Of a stretch of 35,530 nucleotides of DNA, positions 23,763 to 35,188 are shown piece by piece. Made by a program: the position numbers and the translations under genes. Location: positions 1 to 35,530 of the forward strand of contig QPMI01000094.1 in NCBI GenBank assembly GCA_004431415.1, in the 5' to 3' direction. The stretch is from Cyanophora paradoxa CCMP329. Its lineage: Eukaryota; Plantae; Glaucophyta. A model generated the notes under the pieces. That model did no database searches. It was not told where the DNA came from and saw only the letters and a program-made list of their open reading frames with translations. Each line of letters opens with the position of its first letter. Positions within the stretch are counted from its first letter, which is position 1.

Positions 23763-24549
23763 AGGGATGTCGCTGACGCTCCCCGCAACCTCGCCGGTGC
23801 TGAATGACTGAGAAAACGTCATTGCGCGCCGATCAGTACCGAGCCACAGATCGGGGATCAATATCTGCCGTCGAGTCAGAGGAGACACGCGAAGCGGCAA
23901 AACTGGTTCGCGATTCTCCCTGGGCCTCGGGCTGGAGAAGGCGACAGAATTCTCTGTGCCACCTGCGGGACGGGTCGGGTGGAGCGCACTGCGGCACCCT
24001 CGCGTTCGAGGGCCCAGCATCTCGGTCTCCTTCTGTTGAGCAGTTGAGCGCGCGTGCTCAGGATCTCTCGGGCGCGAGGCGCACTTCCGGCTTTGCTTTG
24101 AGCGCCGCTTGGTCGAGCACGACGCGACTCGAGCTCGTATTGTGGACGGTGTACACCTCCGTCGTCCGGCAGCTGTGGTTTTTCCTCCGTCCGCCGTCTG
24201 TAGCGTTTGCTCTCCGGTCTTATAGTTGTACCCTTGTCTTGCCTGCTTAGTTGCTTGGCCACAGCATCGTCGTTCGGGCACCGCAGAGAGCGCAGTTGCT
24301 TGGACACAGGCACATCGTATTGTGCCGCACGCTTGGCTAAGCCAGGCCGCTCGTTTTACTCGCGGTCGCAAGGGCTCCGTTACTTGCGGTCGCAAAGACT
24401 CCGGGAGCCTCAGTTTGGGTAGGCTCCCGGTGAGGCGTATAAGGTGACTATTTGATCTCACGGAGTGCGGCTACTCCGTGGGACGCGACTTGATTCCTGG
24501 ACGCAGTACTAGTACTAGTCACCGCCGGCGCCTGTCGGATTGGACTCTG

Positions 24550-27500
24550 ATGAGTGCGGCTGCCGTCAGCTCCGCTAGCGAAGGTGGTCGCAAATCTCTA
24601 CATTGTTAGCGTGTTCGGCGCGACCTGCCTTCTGCAACTGACTTGAGCATCATCGCTGCAGGCACTGCTCCTTCGTCAAACGAGTGCTTTCCGTCGCTTA
24701 GCTCGTCTTCTACCGATGAGAGCGCTGCCGCCGCGGAAGACAGTTCTAAGGATCTTCCAGCAACCGCTGCGGACTCTACTCCTGTCGCTGATGGTGCGTC
24801 ATTTATTTAATAAGTTGTCGTTTTTCTTTCTTATTCTCTTAGCGCATATTCTGATATATCTGAACGTTTTATCGGCCTGCGGCAGCGTTTCATAAGGAGC
24901 GGTTCCGGCGAAATCTGGCATGTTGGAACCGCCCTTTGAAACCAGCTGATTTCGATGATGATGAGCTTGTTGTTGAAGGTGGCCTTACTTTGGAACCAAC
25001 TGATGGTGATGATCATGTTTTCGATGGTGACTTGTCTGATTACTGTGATTGCTCTTCTGACGTTTTATTTCGCAATTGCGATTGACAGCAATTATATCAG
25101 ATGCAGGCTCTTTTTTACCGAGAGTTACTGGGTCTGGAGGGAATGCTTCGACTGCGACGGCTGTAGACCCGCACGGCCAGGGGGCCGAGGATCTGCCTGT
25201 CAACGAGGGAGGCGAGGATCATGGGTCGGCTGAACTTCCGCGCCCCCTCGTGCCCACCCCCGGGTCCTACGCCTCTCCTTCCAGCTCTCCGGCCTCTGTG
25301 CCTGCCGGGCGACCGGCCGGCGAGCGTCGTGTGTCTCCTTTCCGGGAGACAGCGACCCGATTATCATCATCGTTGATGAGAGCGATGCCTTGGGGCAGGC
25401 GGGCGACGAGGAGGGGTCTCCGAGAGCGCGTTCTCCTCGTGCTGTTTCGGAGCCTGATCCATCTGTTGAGGCTCCCGATGCGGCAGACGACCGTGCTACT
25501 GATGCGGCAAATCTACCAACACTCGGCAGCGCCACCGACCCGGTGAGTCTGGTGCTCGATGTTGCAGCAGGCGCCGCGCTGTCCTGCGGCGCCTGCCCTT
25601 ACGCCGATCACGGCGCAGGTTGCCGCGTCGGCGTCTGCGCCTTCTCGTCTGCCTGGCGGTCTTGAGGGCGACGCCCTGGTGCAGGGGCCGCGGGCGTCGA
25701 GAGTGGGTCCGACCCGGTGAGTCTGGTGCCCGATGTTGCAGCAGGCGCCGCGCTGTCCTGCGGCGCCTGCCCTTACGCCGATCACGGCGCAGGTTGCCGC
25801 GTCGGCGTCTGCGCCTTCTCGTCTGCCTGGCGGTCTTGAGGGCGACGCCCTGGTGCAGGGGGCCGCGGGCGTCGAGAGTGGGTCCGACCCGGTGAGTCTG
25901 GTGCCCGATGTTGCAGCAGGCGCCGCGCTGTCCTGCGGCGCCTGCCCTTACGCCGATCACGGCGCAGGTTGCCGCGTCGGCGTCTGCGCCTTCTCGTCTG
26001 CCTGGCGGTCTTGAGGGCGATGCCCTGGTGCAGGGGGCCGCGGGCGTCGAGACCGGGTCTCTGGGATCGCGCCCTCCGCATGCCGGTTTGCAGACCGATC
26101 CATTCGTCCTACAGCTGGTTCCCGATGCGGCAGGCGACCGTGCCGCTGCTGCGGCGAATCTGCCAACACTCGGCAGCGCCACCGACCCGGTGAGTCTGGT
26201 GCTCGATGTTGCAGCAGGCGCCGCGCTGTCCCGCGGCGCCTGCCCTTACGCCGATCACGGCGCAGGTTGCCGTGTCGGCGTCTGCGCCTTCTCGGCTGCC
26301 TGGCGGTTTTGAGGGCGACGCCTTGGGGCAGGCGGCCGTGGCGTCGAGAGTGGGTCCGACCCGGTGAGTCTGGTGCTCGATGTTGCAGCAGGCGCCGCGC
26401 TGTCCTGCGGCGCCTGCTTTACGCCGATCACGGCGCAGGTTGCCGCGTCGGCGTCTGCGCCTTCTCGTCTGCCTGGCGGTCTTGAGGGCGACGCCCTGGT
26501 GCAGGGGCCGCGGGCGTCGAGACTGGGTCTCTGGGATCGCGCCCTCCGCATGCCGGTTTGCAGACCGATCCATTCGTCCTACAGCTGGCTCCCGATGCGG
26601 CAGACGACCGTGCCGCTGCTGCGGCAAATCTGCCAACACTCGGCAGCGCCACCGACCCGGTGAGTCTGTTGCTCGATGTTGTAGCAGGCGCCGCGCTGTC
26701 CCGCGGCGCCTGCCCTTACGCCGATCACGGCGCAGGTTGCCGTGTCGGCGTCTGCGCCTTCTCGGCTGCCTGGCGGTTTTGAGGGCGACGCCGTGGGGCA
26801 GGCGGCCGTGGGCGTCGAGAGTGGGTCCGACCCGGTGAGTCTGGTGCTCGATGTTGCAGCAGGCGCCGCGCTGTTCTGCGGCGCCTGCCCTTACGCCGAT
26901 CACGGCGCAGGTTGCCGCGTCGGCGTCTGCGCCTTCTCGTCTGCCTGGCGGTCTTGAGGGCGACGCCCTGGTGCAGGGGGCCGCGGGCGTCGAGACCGGG
27001 TCTCTGGGATTGCGCCCTCCGCATGCCGGTTTGCAGACCGATCCATTCGTCCTACAGCTGGCTCCCGATGCGGCTCCAGCGGGAGAGAGGGACGCTCCCA
27101 CTACAGGAGGGGGTGTGCATGATTCACTTCGCTCAAACTCCTTCTAATTCTCTGGCTTTTTTCAGCAGGGTCCTTGCCTGCGGGAGATTTTGAGCTGCCG
27201 TCACTCGTCATGGAACGCGCGGTGGGTGCTGCGAAAGATCTTAAGAGGGCGTTCGATGCGGTTGTGAATGCGACGAATCTGTTGCCGTGGGAAGGCGACG
27301 ATTGGCTACCCCTCAGTATGTTCTTGTATCTTGATTTTTTGTACTCTCATCTATTTTTGAATGTGTCTTTCCTTCCAGCCAAACCGGTGTTTCCGCCTGA
27401 GATCTTCTGGAACGTCCCTGGGAATATCCGAGGGCATTGTGGTCTTTACTTGTTGCTGAACAATATTATGACGGCAGTCTTCAAATTGAAGTACAACTTG

Positions 27501-30500
27501 CGGGAAGCAGCGGAGGCCTTCAACAAGTTTGTCGTCCTAACCCAACGGCGTTCGTACAGCATTCATCTACACAGTACCATGGAGCGTGCCTTCAACTGGC
27601 TGCTTAACTCTAAATCAGTCACTTTGGAGGACGCGGCTGAAATATCTGCGTACGGGTCATCTAATGCCTTCGACACGTCATTCCTGGATGACGAGGCCAC
27701 GTCGAACATGCGCCAGATGACAGAGACGACCTTCAAGTCGTGGGTTGCACAGGGACTGACGCCCCGTGAAATTGTGGTGGAACTAGCGAAGATGCGCGAT
27801 GACGGAGTGAAACACTATCTGCACGTCGAGATGATGGCTGCGTCGTTCATCAATTTCATTGAATTATCGCGGATCGAAGAGGTCTCGAAGGCTACTTACG
27901 GATCGATGTGGGATGATTACTGTCGTCTACAGCATTTATTGTCGTCGCCGAATCCAGATATCGGTTCTGGGTTCAAGCATCTGACCCATCTTCTGGACTG
28001 CATCAGCGAATTGAAGAATTTGCGTCTTGAATTCGAGCGAAAGTTGTCGTCGTCGCACCCGTGCGCAGATGAAGCCGAGCTACTTTCTTTGCAATGTCCA
28101 GTGATATCCGGAATTCTAACCGAGAGAAACCGAATCGTCTTGTCTTGGAGGGACTCTGTGATAACGTATGATTCAAACGGTAGTGATGGCAAAATGTCGC
28201 GCGTCGCCAAAGATGCATTCATCCGAATTGTTAAATCTACAATCACGCGATTGGGCACGTCAGTTGCGGGTGCCTCGAATTTGGTGATGCCACTGTTCTG
28301 TATCGCCTGAGTTAATACTGGAATGCGCAGATTGGAACGCGAAGGACGGAGACACAGTACTTTATAGTTTCGACGATGGGGTTCTTAGTGGATCTCTCAA
28401 ACGTCGGGACATTGCTACCCTGAGACCGAACGAAGAATTTACTGATGAGGTCGTGAATTTTTTCCACCAGTGAGTTAACGCAGTTTCTTGCAGCGTCATG
28501 CGCTTTTGATTGTTGCCGTGACCACGAACGGTATAGTTGCTTGATGGAAAAGTTGCGTGATCCGACGTTCAGGGCTTCTGTACCTGCGACGAGTGTCTGT
28601 TTTTTCAACACGTATTTTACCGTGCTTCTGAAGGTGTGTATCATGTATCGCCTTATTCCGTCTTGCCGATATTGACTATGCACAGGCGGGGTACGGGGAA
28701 TCGGATCGGGCTAGGAAATGGTTCGTTAAGGCTGGCGTGAATATTTTCAAAACCCAGTTTCTTGGGTTTCCTGTGCACCTGCCCAAGTAAGCGTCTCGCC
28801 TTCTTTTAGTGCAGCGGCATGCATACTGATCAATGTGCAGTCATTGGATTCTCGTAATTGTCTGCAATTTGGGTAGCCTCGGCCAACGAATATCGGACCC
28901 TCGACTGCGACCGGCTATTGTGCAAGTGTGTTCAATGGGTACGGACGAGAACGCATTCTTGGACCGGAAATGTACACGTCTCCTTAAGGGCTCGCTTATA
29001 AGGTCGGCTTTGTGTATATGACTACGGGGGCTCTGTAACGTGAATCCGATTCAGGTTCTTCCAATCGGCGTACCGGGACAAGGCTCTGTTTCCCGGGTCA
29101 CCTCGCGATATATTATCCGGTGACCTTGTTTTCAACTATGTTGTAGCCGAAGTACGTACATTCTGGCTGGATTATAATATTTAAGGCATTCGATTGATGG
29201 GGGCTGTTTGCAGGCAACGCGTCAAGGAGGCGTTGATTGCGGTGTTCATGTTTGTGTGAACTCAGAGCTACTCGTTACAGGTTGCCTAACCGAATTTATG
29301 CAAACTGAGGGTGGTAGCGTATCTACTCCACAGGTTACTGTTGTGTGTCGTCTCACTCCATATCTCCTGATTTTGCTAATAGTTCATTTGCACCCCTGAC
29401 GACATCGTGAATATGAGGACGCTCATATATTCCCTGGCTTGTGAGAAGGTGGGTTCTCATGTTTTTTGACCTGCATCATTTGAAATGTATGATTAATATA
29501 TTTTGCGCGTTTATGGACTTCTCAGATTTCAGATCTACATCAGATTGCACGCAATGAGGACGCGATTCAGAGGTACTCGGACATGCTGTTATCGTTGGTG
29601 ACTGCATGCGTTTTGCTTGGCTTATTGTTATTTATTTTATTTTCTCACCAACTGTTACCTAGCAATCCTCGGAACCTCCTGCCGACGAGCCTCGTGTTGG
29701 CCTACATGATTCATCCGGTCAGCGTGGGCTTCAACAATCCGATGCCATTAAATCGGTATGTCGTGCGCTCTTTCAACTGGCCCGTCTATTAATTCCAATG
29801 ACAAGTTCGCAGGTTCTGAGCCGCGTTGCAGCCCGCGACGGGTCACCCAAGCTTGGCAGTAAACTTTTGGAGGCCCGTCTCTCTGCGCGGAGTGCTCGCA
29901 TGTCCCATTGTGCGGACCGTGGAGTTGACCCGCAACCGTCACGTCTACCCAATCGGCGTTCCAGCCTGCGAGTCGGCGATGATGTAGTCGCCGTTGCGGT
30001 TCCCCATGCGTTTGCCTTCACGCTGATCCCTGTGCAGGATTCCGGTTCGGCATTCGCACCTCCCGAACAGCCGGGTTTCATGGGGGGCGATGCATTGGGG
30101 CCGGCGAGTGACATGGAAGCCCGTTCTCTGGCCGTCTTGCCGGTGCCATCACCTGCCTCTCCGTCGGTCCCCGACCAAGGTTTGGTAGAAAAACACGCGA
30201 TAATTATCTGTCGTTGATCGTTGCTGGCCTATTTGCAGCTGCTATTCAACAAGGTGTCGCAGGAGCGAGTGTACCTGGTTCACGTCGCAGTGGTAAGATA
30301 CGAGAAGAGCCAGATGGTGAGGTTGATTTTTGGGCCTATCCTGATGGAATCCTTAATTAAATCTGTTCGAGTGTCTGCTTATTTAACATGAGCAGGTGAC
30401 CGCCAACGATCGAATCCTGCAGTTGTCCAGTTTCAAGTCGACGGAAAAAAGTATAAAATCTGTAGTTCATCTTCTGATGCACCGGTGCGGGTTCAATTAA

Positions 30501-32228
30501 TATTTATCACACCATTTGAACATCCTCAATTATTCACTACGATCCTACCAGGATCAGTCCAAGGAAGATGCTGCTGACAGACGGCGCACGCGTGTATCGA
30601 CTGGTGCAAGTAGCAAAAAGTCTCCGGGTTCGACACAAGGAATGGTTGCACACCAAGGCCGTTCTGCGTCCAAAAAGCGGAAAGCAAGCAAAGTAACTGT
30701 TCCCCGACGCGATGCCAGCGGCGTGAGTGATTAATAGTTGTACTCAATCGCACTATTTATGATTCCCCTTTGAATATGCGGTGTTTTGTATATTAGGCTG
30801 GGAAAAGGGCGAGAACGGGTGATTCCGATGATGACGACAACGGTGCTGATCGTGTGAGTAGTTTACTCTATATATATGTGTCGATGATTCCCGTTTGATT
30901 CTTTGTGTTGTATCGAAGGATGCTGATGCTAGCGACATTGACAGTGTTTCTTTGTCGGTGAATGCATATCTGTGCGATTCTCTTACTTGGTTTTTTTTGA
31001 TGACCTTCGTTGGATCCCAGTCGGATACACCTCCTGGCCATTCCGGTGGCAGAAGCGGAAACGTGGGTGAGGCACTATCGGTGAGTGGTCTCCCGATATC
31101 CAGCTCGACATTTGTATTTTCTGATCCCTGTTCAGCTTATACCAGCGACGTCGACCATAGTGGAAAATGAGCGGAAGTCCTTGAAATTTCTGTCGCGTAA
31201 GGCTCGGGTGGCGTGGATGGTCAAATCTTTATCTGCATCTGCGGATACCCTACAGAGTTCAGTTGGGCCGATGATTACATCAACGGGCAGTTCATCTGGA
31301 CCAGTTGTGCCTTGTGCTAGTGGCTCCAATTTCAGCACTCCGCAGCTTCCGCTATCAATCGATGACATTTTCACGTGTTTGGTCTCCGATGACTGCTCAG
31401 CAGTTCCGCAATTTGTTGCAGCATCCACTCCCGGAATCGGACCTGTCGCCTCCCGAAACTCGAAGATGTTCGACTTCGGCGAGAGACTGTATACGGCCAT
31501 CGCATGCAATGGCTTGTCGCTTTCGGAATCTATAGCCAGAATTGAGCAGGGAAGATTGTGTCTGCTCTTTTGCTCGAGTAGTGCACTCTATTTCAAGCGA
31601 GTCCAATTATCCAGAAGGAAGGTACACCTGACGCTGTGTAATCCCTAGTACTGCTCATGCTCATACGGTCTATGTCGATCGCAGGCGCACGTCAGATGAT
31701 GCAGATGACTGATTCTCAGATCGACAGTCTTTGGGGGACGTTTCGCAAGAAGCAGATCAGCATTCGCTTCTGGCCGGAAGTGAAGGCCGCCTTGGCGTGC
31801 CTGTACCCGTCTTGTGAAGAAGAATCTGCCCCTCCGGATCAGAAACTTCCATTCGACCTCACGAAGAGTGATTGTGTTTTGGTGTTGTACCGGGTACGTT
31901 TCGGGCGATTTAATTTTTTGTTCCACGTGTTCTTCTTAACGCTGTTTGACTCCAGATTGGGTGTCTCCTTGCACTACACCCCAATTTATTGAAGTACTTG
32001 CTGGCTGCTCCCCGGGTTGCGGGAGTTAATGCCTACGAGGTGTACTCGTATCTCAGGCATGTAGTCCAGCATAAAAACGGCGGCCTCCTCGATCATGTTC
32101 GGGACACGATTGTTGCGGCGGCATCTCCAACTTGTGCTCCTGCCGTCAGCGCAGCATTTGCGTTTCGCCCTCCCGAAGAACTGAAAGGCTTGTTATCAGA
32201 CGGGGCCAGATGGCCTGCATGGTTTTAG
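24550..32228 (+). CDS. Very large multi-exon protein containing a Ulp1/SENP-family (peptidase C48) domain
   Basis: In-frame splicing over 28331-29448 gives LKRRDIATLRPNEEFTDEVVNFF...VCFFNTYFTVLL...RKWFVKAGVNIFKTQFLGFPVHLPNHWILVIV...IVQVCSM...RQGGVDCGVHVC...TPDDIVNMR. It links upstream by compatible phases to the 378-aa ORF 27174-28310 and to the repeat array. Downstream exons run to a stop at 32228. The start codon and single-gene continuity after ~29,500 are less certain. Confidence 0.8.
25480..27075 (+). repeat. Tandem exon+intron repeat array inside the Ulp1 gene (175-bp and ~298-bp units)
   Basis: GACCCG|GTGAGT donors at 25543, 25717, 25892, 26190, 26364, 26660 and 26835. Removing ~76 nt to CACGGCGCAG leaves in-frame exons VAASASAPSRLPGGLEGDALVQGAAGVESGSDP. 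Confidence 0.85.
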
Positions 32229-33109
32229 TCGCGACAGTGTGTATATGTTTCTGGGTCTTTGTACAATGCACTCTTTCCTTCCGTCTTCTTTGATGCCCTG
32301 CCGACATGTTAGGGTGCCGTGATGGGAGCTGGAGGGCGACGGGTGCTCCTGAACGGGAGGGTAGACGTGGCGGGGCCGGCTCTGTATGCCGGTGGTGGTG
32401 GGTCGCTGACTGGCTGATGGGGCAGGATCCCCGGACGATGGCCGGGCCAGTGCCGCGTTGCTTGCGGGGGGGGCTTGACCGGGAGCGACGGCGGGTGGGG
32501 CTCTATGGGGCGGCAAGGACGATGCACTGCGGCGGGCTGGTGCATGGGGGCGGAGCGTGCGGTGCGGAGGGCGATGGGCTGTTGCGGTCAGGTCTGTAAC
32601 TGGGGATATCGGCGGGGGCGGTGCGCTGTCGTGTCGCCGGGGGCGGGCCGCTGGCGTGCCCCTTTTTGTCCCTATCGCACCCTCCGGCCCCCTCTCCAGT
32701 GGGAGAGAGGGGCGCCTCCTCCGGCCCCTATTGCCTCGCCACTGTCACTAATCTGAGCAACCTGCAGCCCTTGTTCATTTATGTTCTCTCCTAACCTCTC
32801 CTCGTCGCCCCGCCCCCCCCCCCCCCCCCCCTTCCCTCCCATACCCCCGCCGTCCCCTAACATCCCGCTCGTGTCAACTATGCGCCCCGCCGCACAGGGT
32901 GATGGTCATGCCGAAAGACATGCAACTCGCTCGGTGTATATTGTCGGGTATACTGTAAAAGTCAGATTCGCAGCAGTGATTTCACTTATGCTTAGCTGCA
33001 TATCAAGCGCTAGCGCTCTACCGACTTTGAGGTCGACGTCCCTGCTATTGAACCGACTTCCGAGTGCACGTCCTCTCCAGCTGCAGCTCCATGGATTTGC
33101 AATTGCTCT

Positions 33110-33938
33110 GTAGCTAGGCCTAACGCCGAGCTCGTGGCTTGCTTATGGCGAGTACATCTGGCCGATCCCTTGAATTTCATATGCCTCTTCAACCGGGCTT
33201 CCACACAATCTGAGCTGCGCCCACAACGGTTAATAAAATATATAATTCCCTGCGGCATTCGGGGATTTCTATATACAGAACTTTTGGATAATCCTGCGTA
33301 TGCTTACCATCCAAACCTGGATAGCATGGTTTTGGCAGTTCTCCTGCCTCCGAATTCCATCCTCGCGATTTGTTCATCAGCCGCTGCGATCGCATCCGCC
33401 TCGTTGGCAAATGTTTCAAGCTCTTCGCGACCGCCGTCCAGCGAGTCATTCGCTCTCCACGTCCACTGCCGGCGCAGGGACAGTACGCGCCACTCAATGC
33501 CGGTCACGCTCGTAGCGTGGACTACGCCGCAGAACAGCGGCGGTCACTGTTTGAGCTGAGGTTGACAGCTTCGGCTACCAGAAACCGGTCATCCGGGCCC
33601 ATGTACATCGCTGCTGTCCATACTAGGCGGTTGAATTGCCTATCTGTTATCAATCTCAGGCCTGTTCGCTGTATGGTTGCATATTCGAGCTCTACCAGCT
33701 CCAAGCGCGTGCTTGCCTCGAACGCCCGGTGAACTTCGCTTGCGCAGCATGTTACTTCCGAATTCCTCTGGCGAATTGCACGACCTTCAAGTACACCGGC
33801 ATTGCGTACCGCATTGCGCTAAACTCGGCAGAGTTGCTCATATCTACCGTCTTGATTATGCCACGACTTTTACTGTTCTCGTTGCGCTCGTCTCACGCTG
33901 CAATTGCAGTCGACGCGTCGCTCGGAATAGAGGTCTGA
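33110..33938 (+). CDS. Probable multi-exon hypothetical protein
   Basis: Successive coding-like segments in different frames with plausible GT/AG boundaries (HLADPLNFICLFNR..., ACSLYGCIFELYQLQARACLERPVNFACAACYF...). No family recognised. Confidence 0.3.
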
Positions 33939-33997
33939 TGAGCGACGTAGGGGTACACAATACATCGAGTTTCATATCATCGTTACCGACGGCTTAA

Positions 33998-35148
33998 ATG
34001 ACATCGACTATGCTGCCGCTTGCCGACCGAGAATATATATCCATGGGTGATGCTGCAGCAGATACATTGCCGCCTTCGAAACGTAGGCTTGTCGCGCACC
34101 GCACTCGAGACGCAAGCTGATTGAACTTGCAGGCCAGCGTTCGATCACTAAGGTGAGACAACCGCAACTGTGTTTCTACGGATCATGCGCGGACGACGGC
34201 AGACAAGTCGACATCTGATATGCCGCAGATTGCCGCTCGTCAAGAAGCATCAACGATGAACGCAGCAGCAGAGAGAGCGATGCCTTCGCAACGTAGGCTG
34301 CTTGCGCACCTCATTCGAAACGTAGGCTGATTGAATTCGCAGGCCAGCGTTTGATCAGCAAGGTGCGACGCCACCGAAAGTGGTGCTGCTCGATTGCGAT
34401 GTTCGAGGCGCAGGGCGACCAGATCCTGGAAGTCCTGGCCATGGTCACAATCGGCGACGAGTGTGCGGGGCGTAGGGACGTAGGCACATTGACGGAGCTG
34501 CCGATTCCTGCCGGGTATGACCTATTGTATCCGGAAAACGAGTTCGTTCAATTCTCGATCCCATCAATTGTGACTTTCCCAGTAACTGATCGAAAGAAGG
34601 CCTGCTGAGTGCAATATTGAAGTGAAATTCTTTGTGCCCCACGCAGAAAAGAAGGTAACATTAAGTTTCTCTGTCGAATATGTGAACCGAAACTAATTAC
34701 ATTTCGTCCCCATCGCAGACATCGTTACACACATGGCCGCGTGGATCCTTCAACGACGCGTTTAATTACTGGTGTATGAAGTACAACTTGCGCAAAGGGG
34801 CGTTCGTATTTGGAGGGAAACAAATACGGCCTGTGGACAGTCCGGGATGCGTTGGGGTATGCAATGGCGACACCGTTATATACGTAGAGGAGAGCAAGCT
34901 GACAGCTGAAAGTCTGAAACGGTGCGCGCTGAACGTGTACATACCGGATGGTGATCTAACGTGGGTGCCGGTCCTCGAGCACGGCCGCAGGGAGGAAGAG
35001 TTTGATTCGTACGTCGAGTGTCACGATATAATGAACTCGCAATTCCGATTATTTACGCTTGTTCAGAGTCGACGTTGAGAGTGCGATGGAGGTGGTGATC
35101 GTGGGCGACAGCGGGCACCAAGACATGAGGATGGTGGAAATTCTCTGA
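33998..35148 (+). CDS. Multi-exon protein with a SUMO-like (Rad60-SLD/ubiquitin-fold) domain lacking the C-terminal diglycine
   Basis: Exon 34600-34654 plus the exon from 34719 give NIEVKFFVPHAEKK|TSLHTWPRGSFNDAFNYWCMKYNLRKGAFVFGGKQIRPVDSPGCVGVCNGDTVIYV. This aligns by eye with the SUMO pattern (F.F.G..I...DTP..L...DGD.I.V). Confidence 0.65.
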
Positions 35149-35188
35149 TCTATATACTCGTTATTCGAGTGGATCTGTATCTTGTTAT

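Noticed and set aside
21717-24461. ORFs of 200-430 aa across satellite B
   Set aside because: Several frames on both strands are open simply because the repeat lacks stop codons. No domain signal.
24546-24560. CTGATGA as a hammerhead ribozyme core (also near 15231, 28442 and 33936)
   Set aside because: No properly placed GAAA with flanking stems was seen, and most instances lie in or next to coding exons.
25543-25567. 25-nt ultra-short introns in the repeat array
   Set aside because: In frame and possible, but the 76-nt alternative is also in frame and matches intron sizes elsewhere in the window. It cannot be claimed without transcripts.
28312-28683. Minus-strand 123-aa ORF
   Set aside because: It is antisense to clearly recognisable Ulp1 exons on the + strand.
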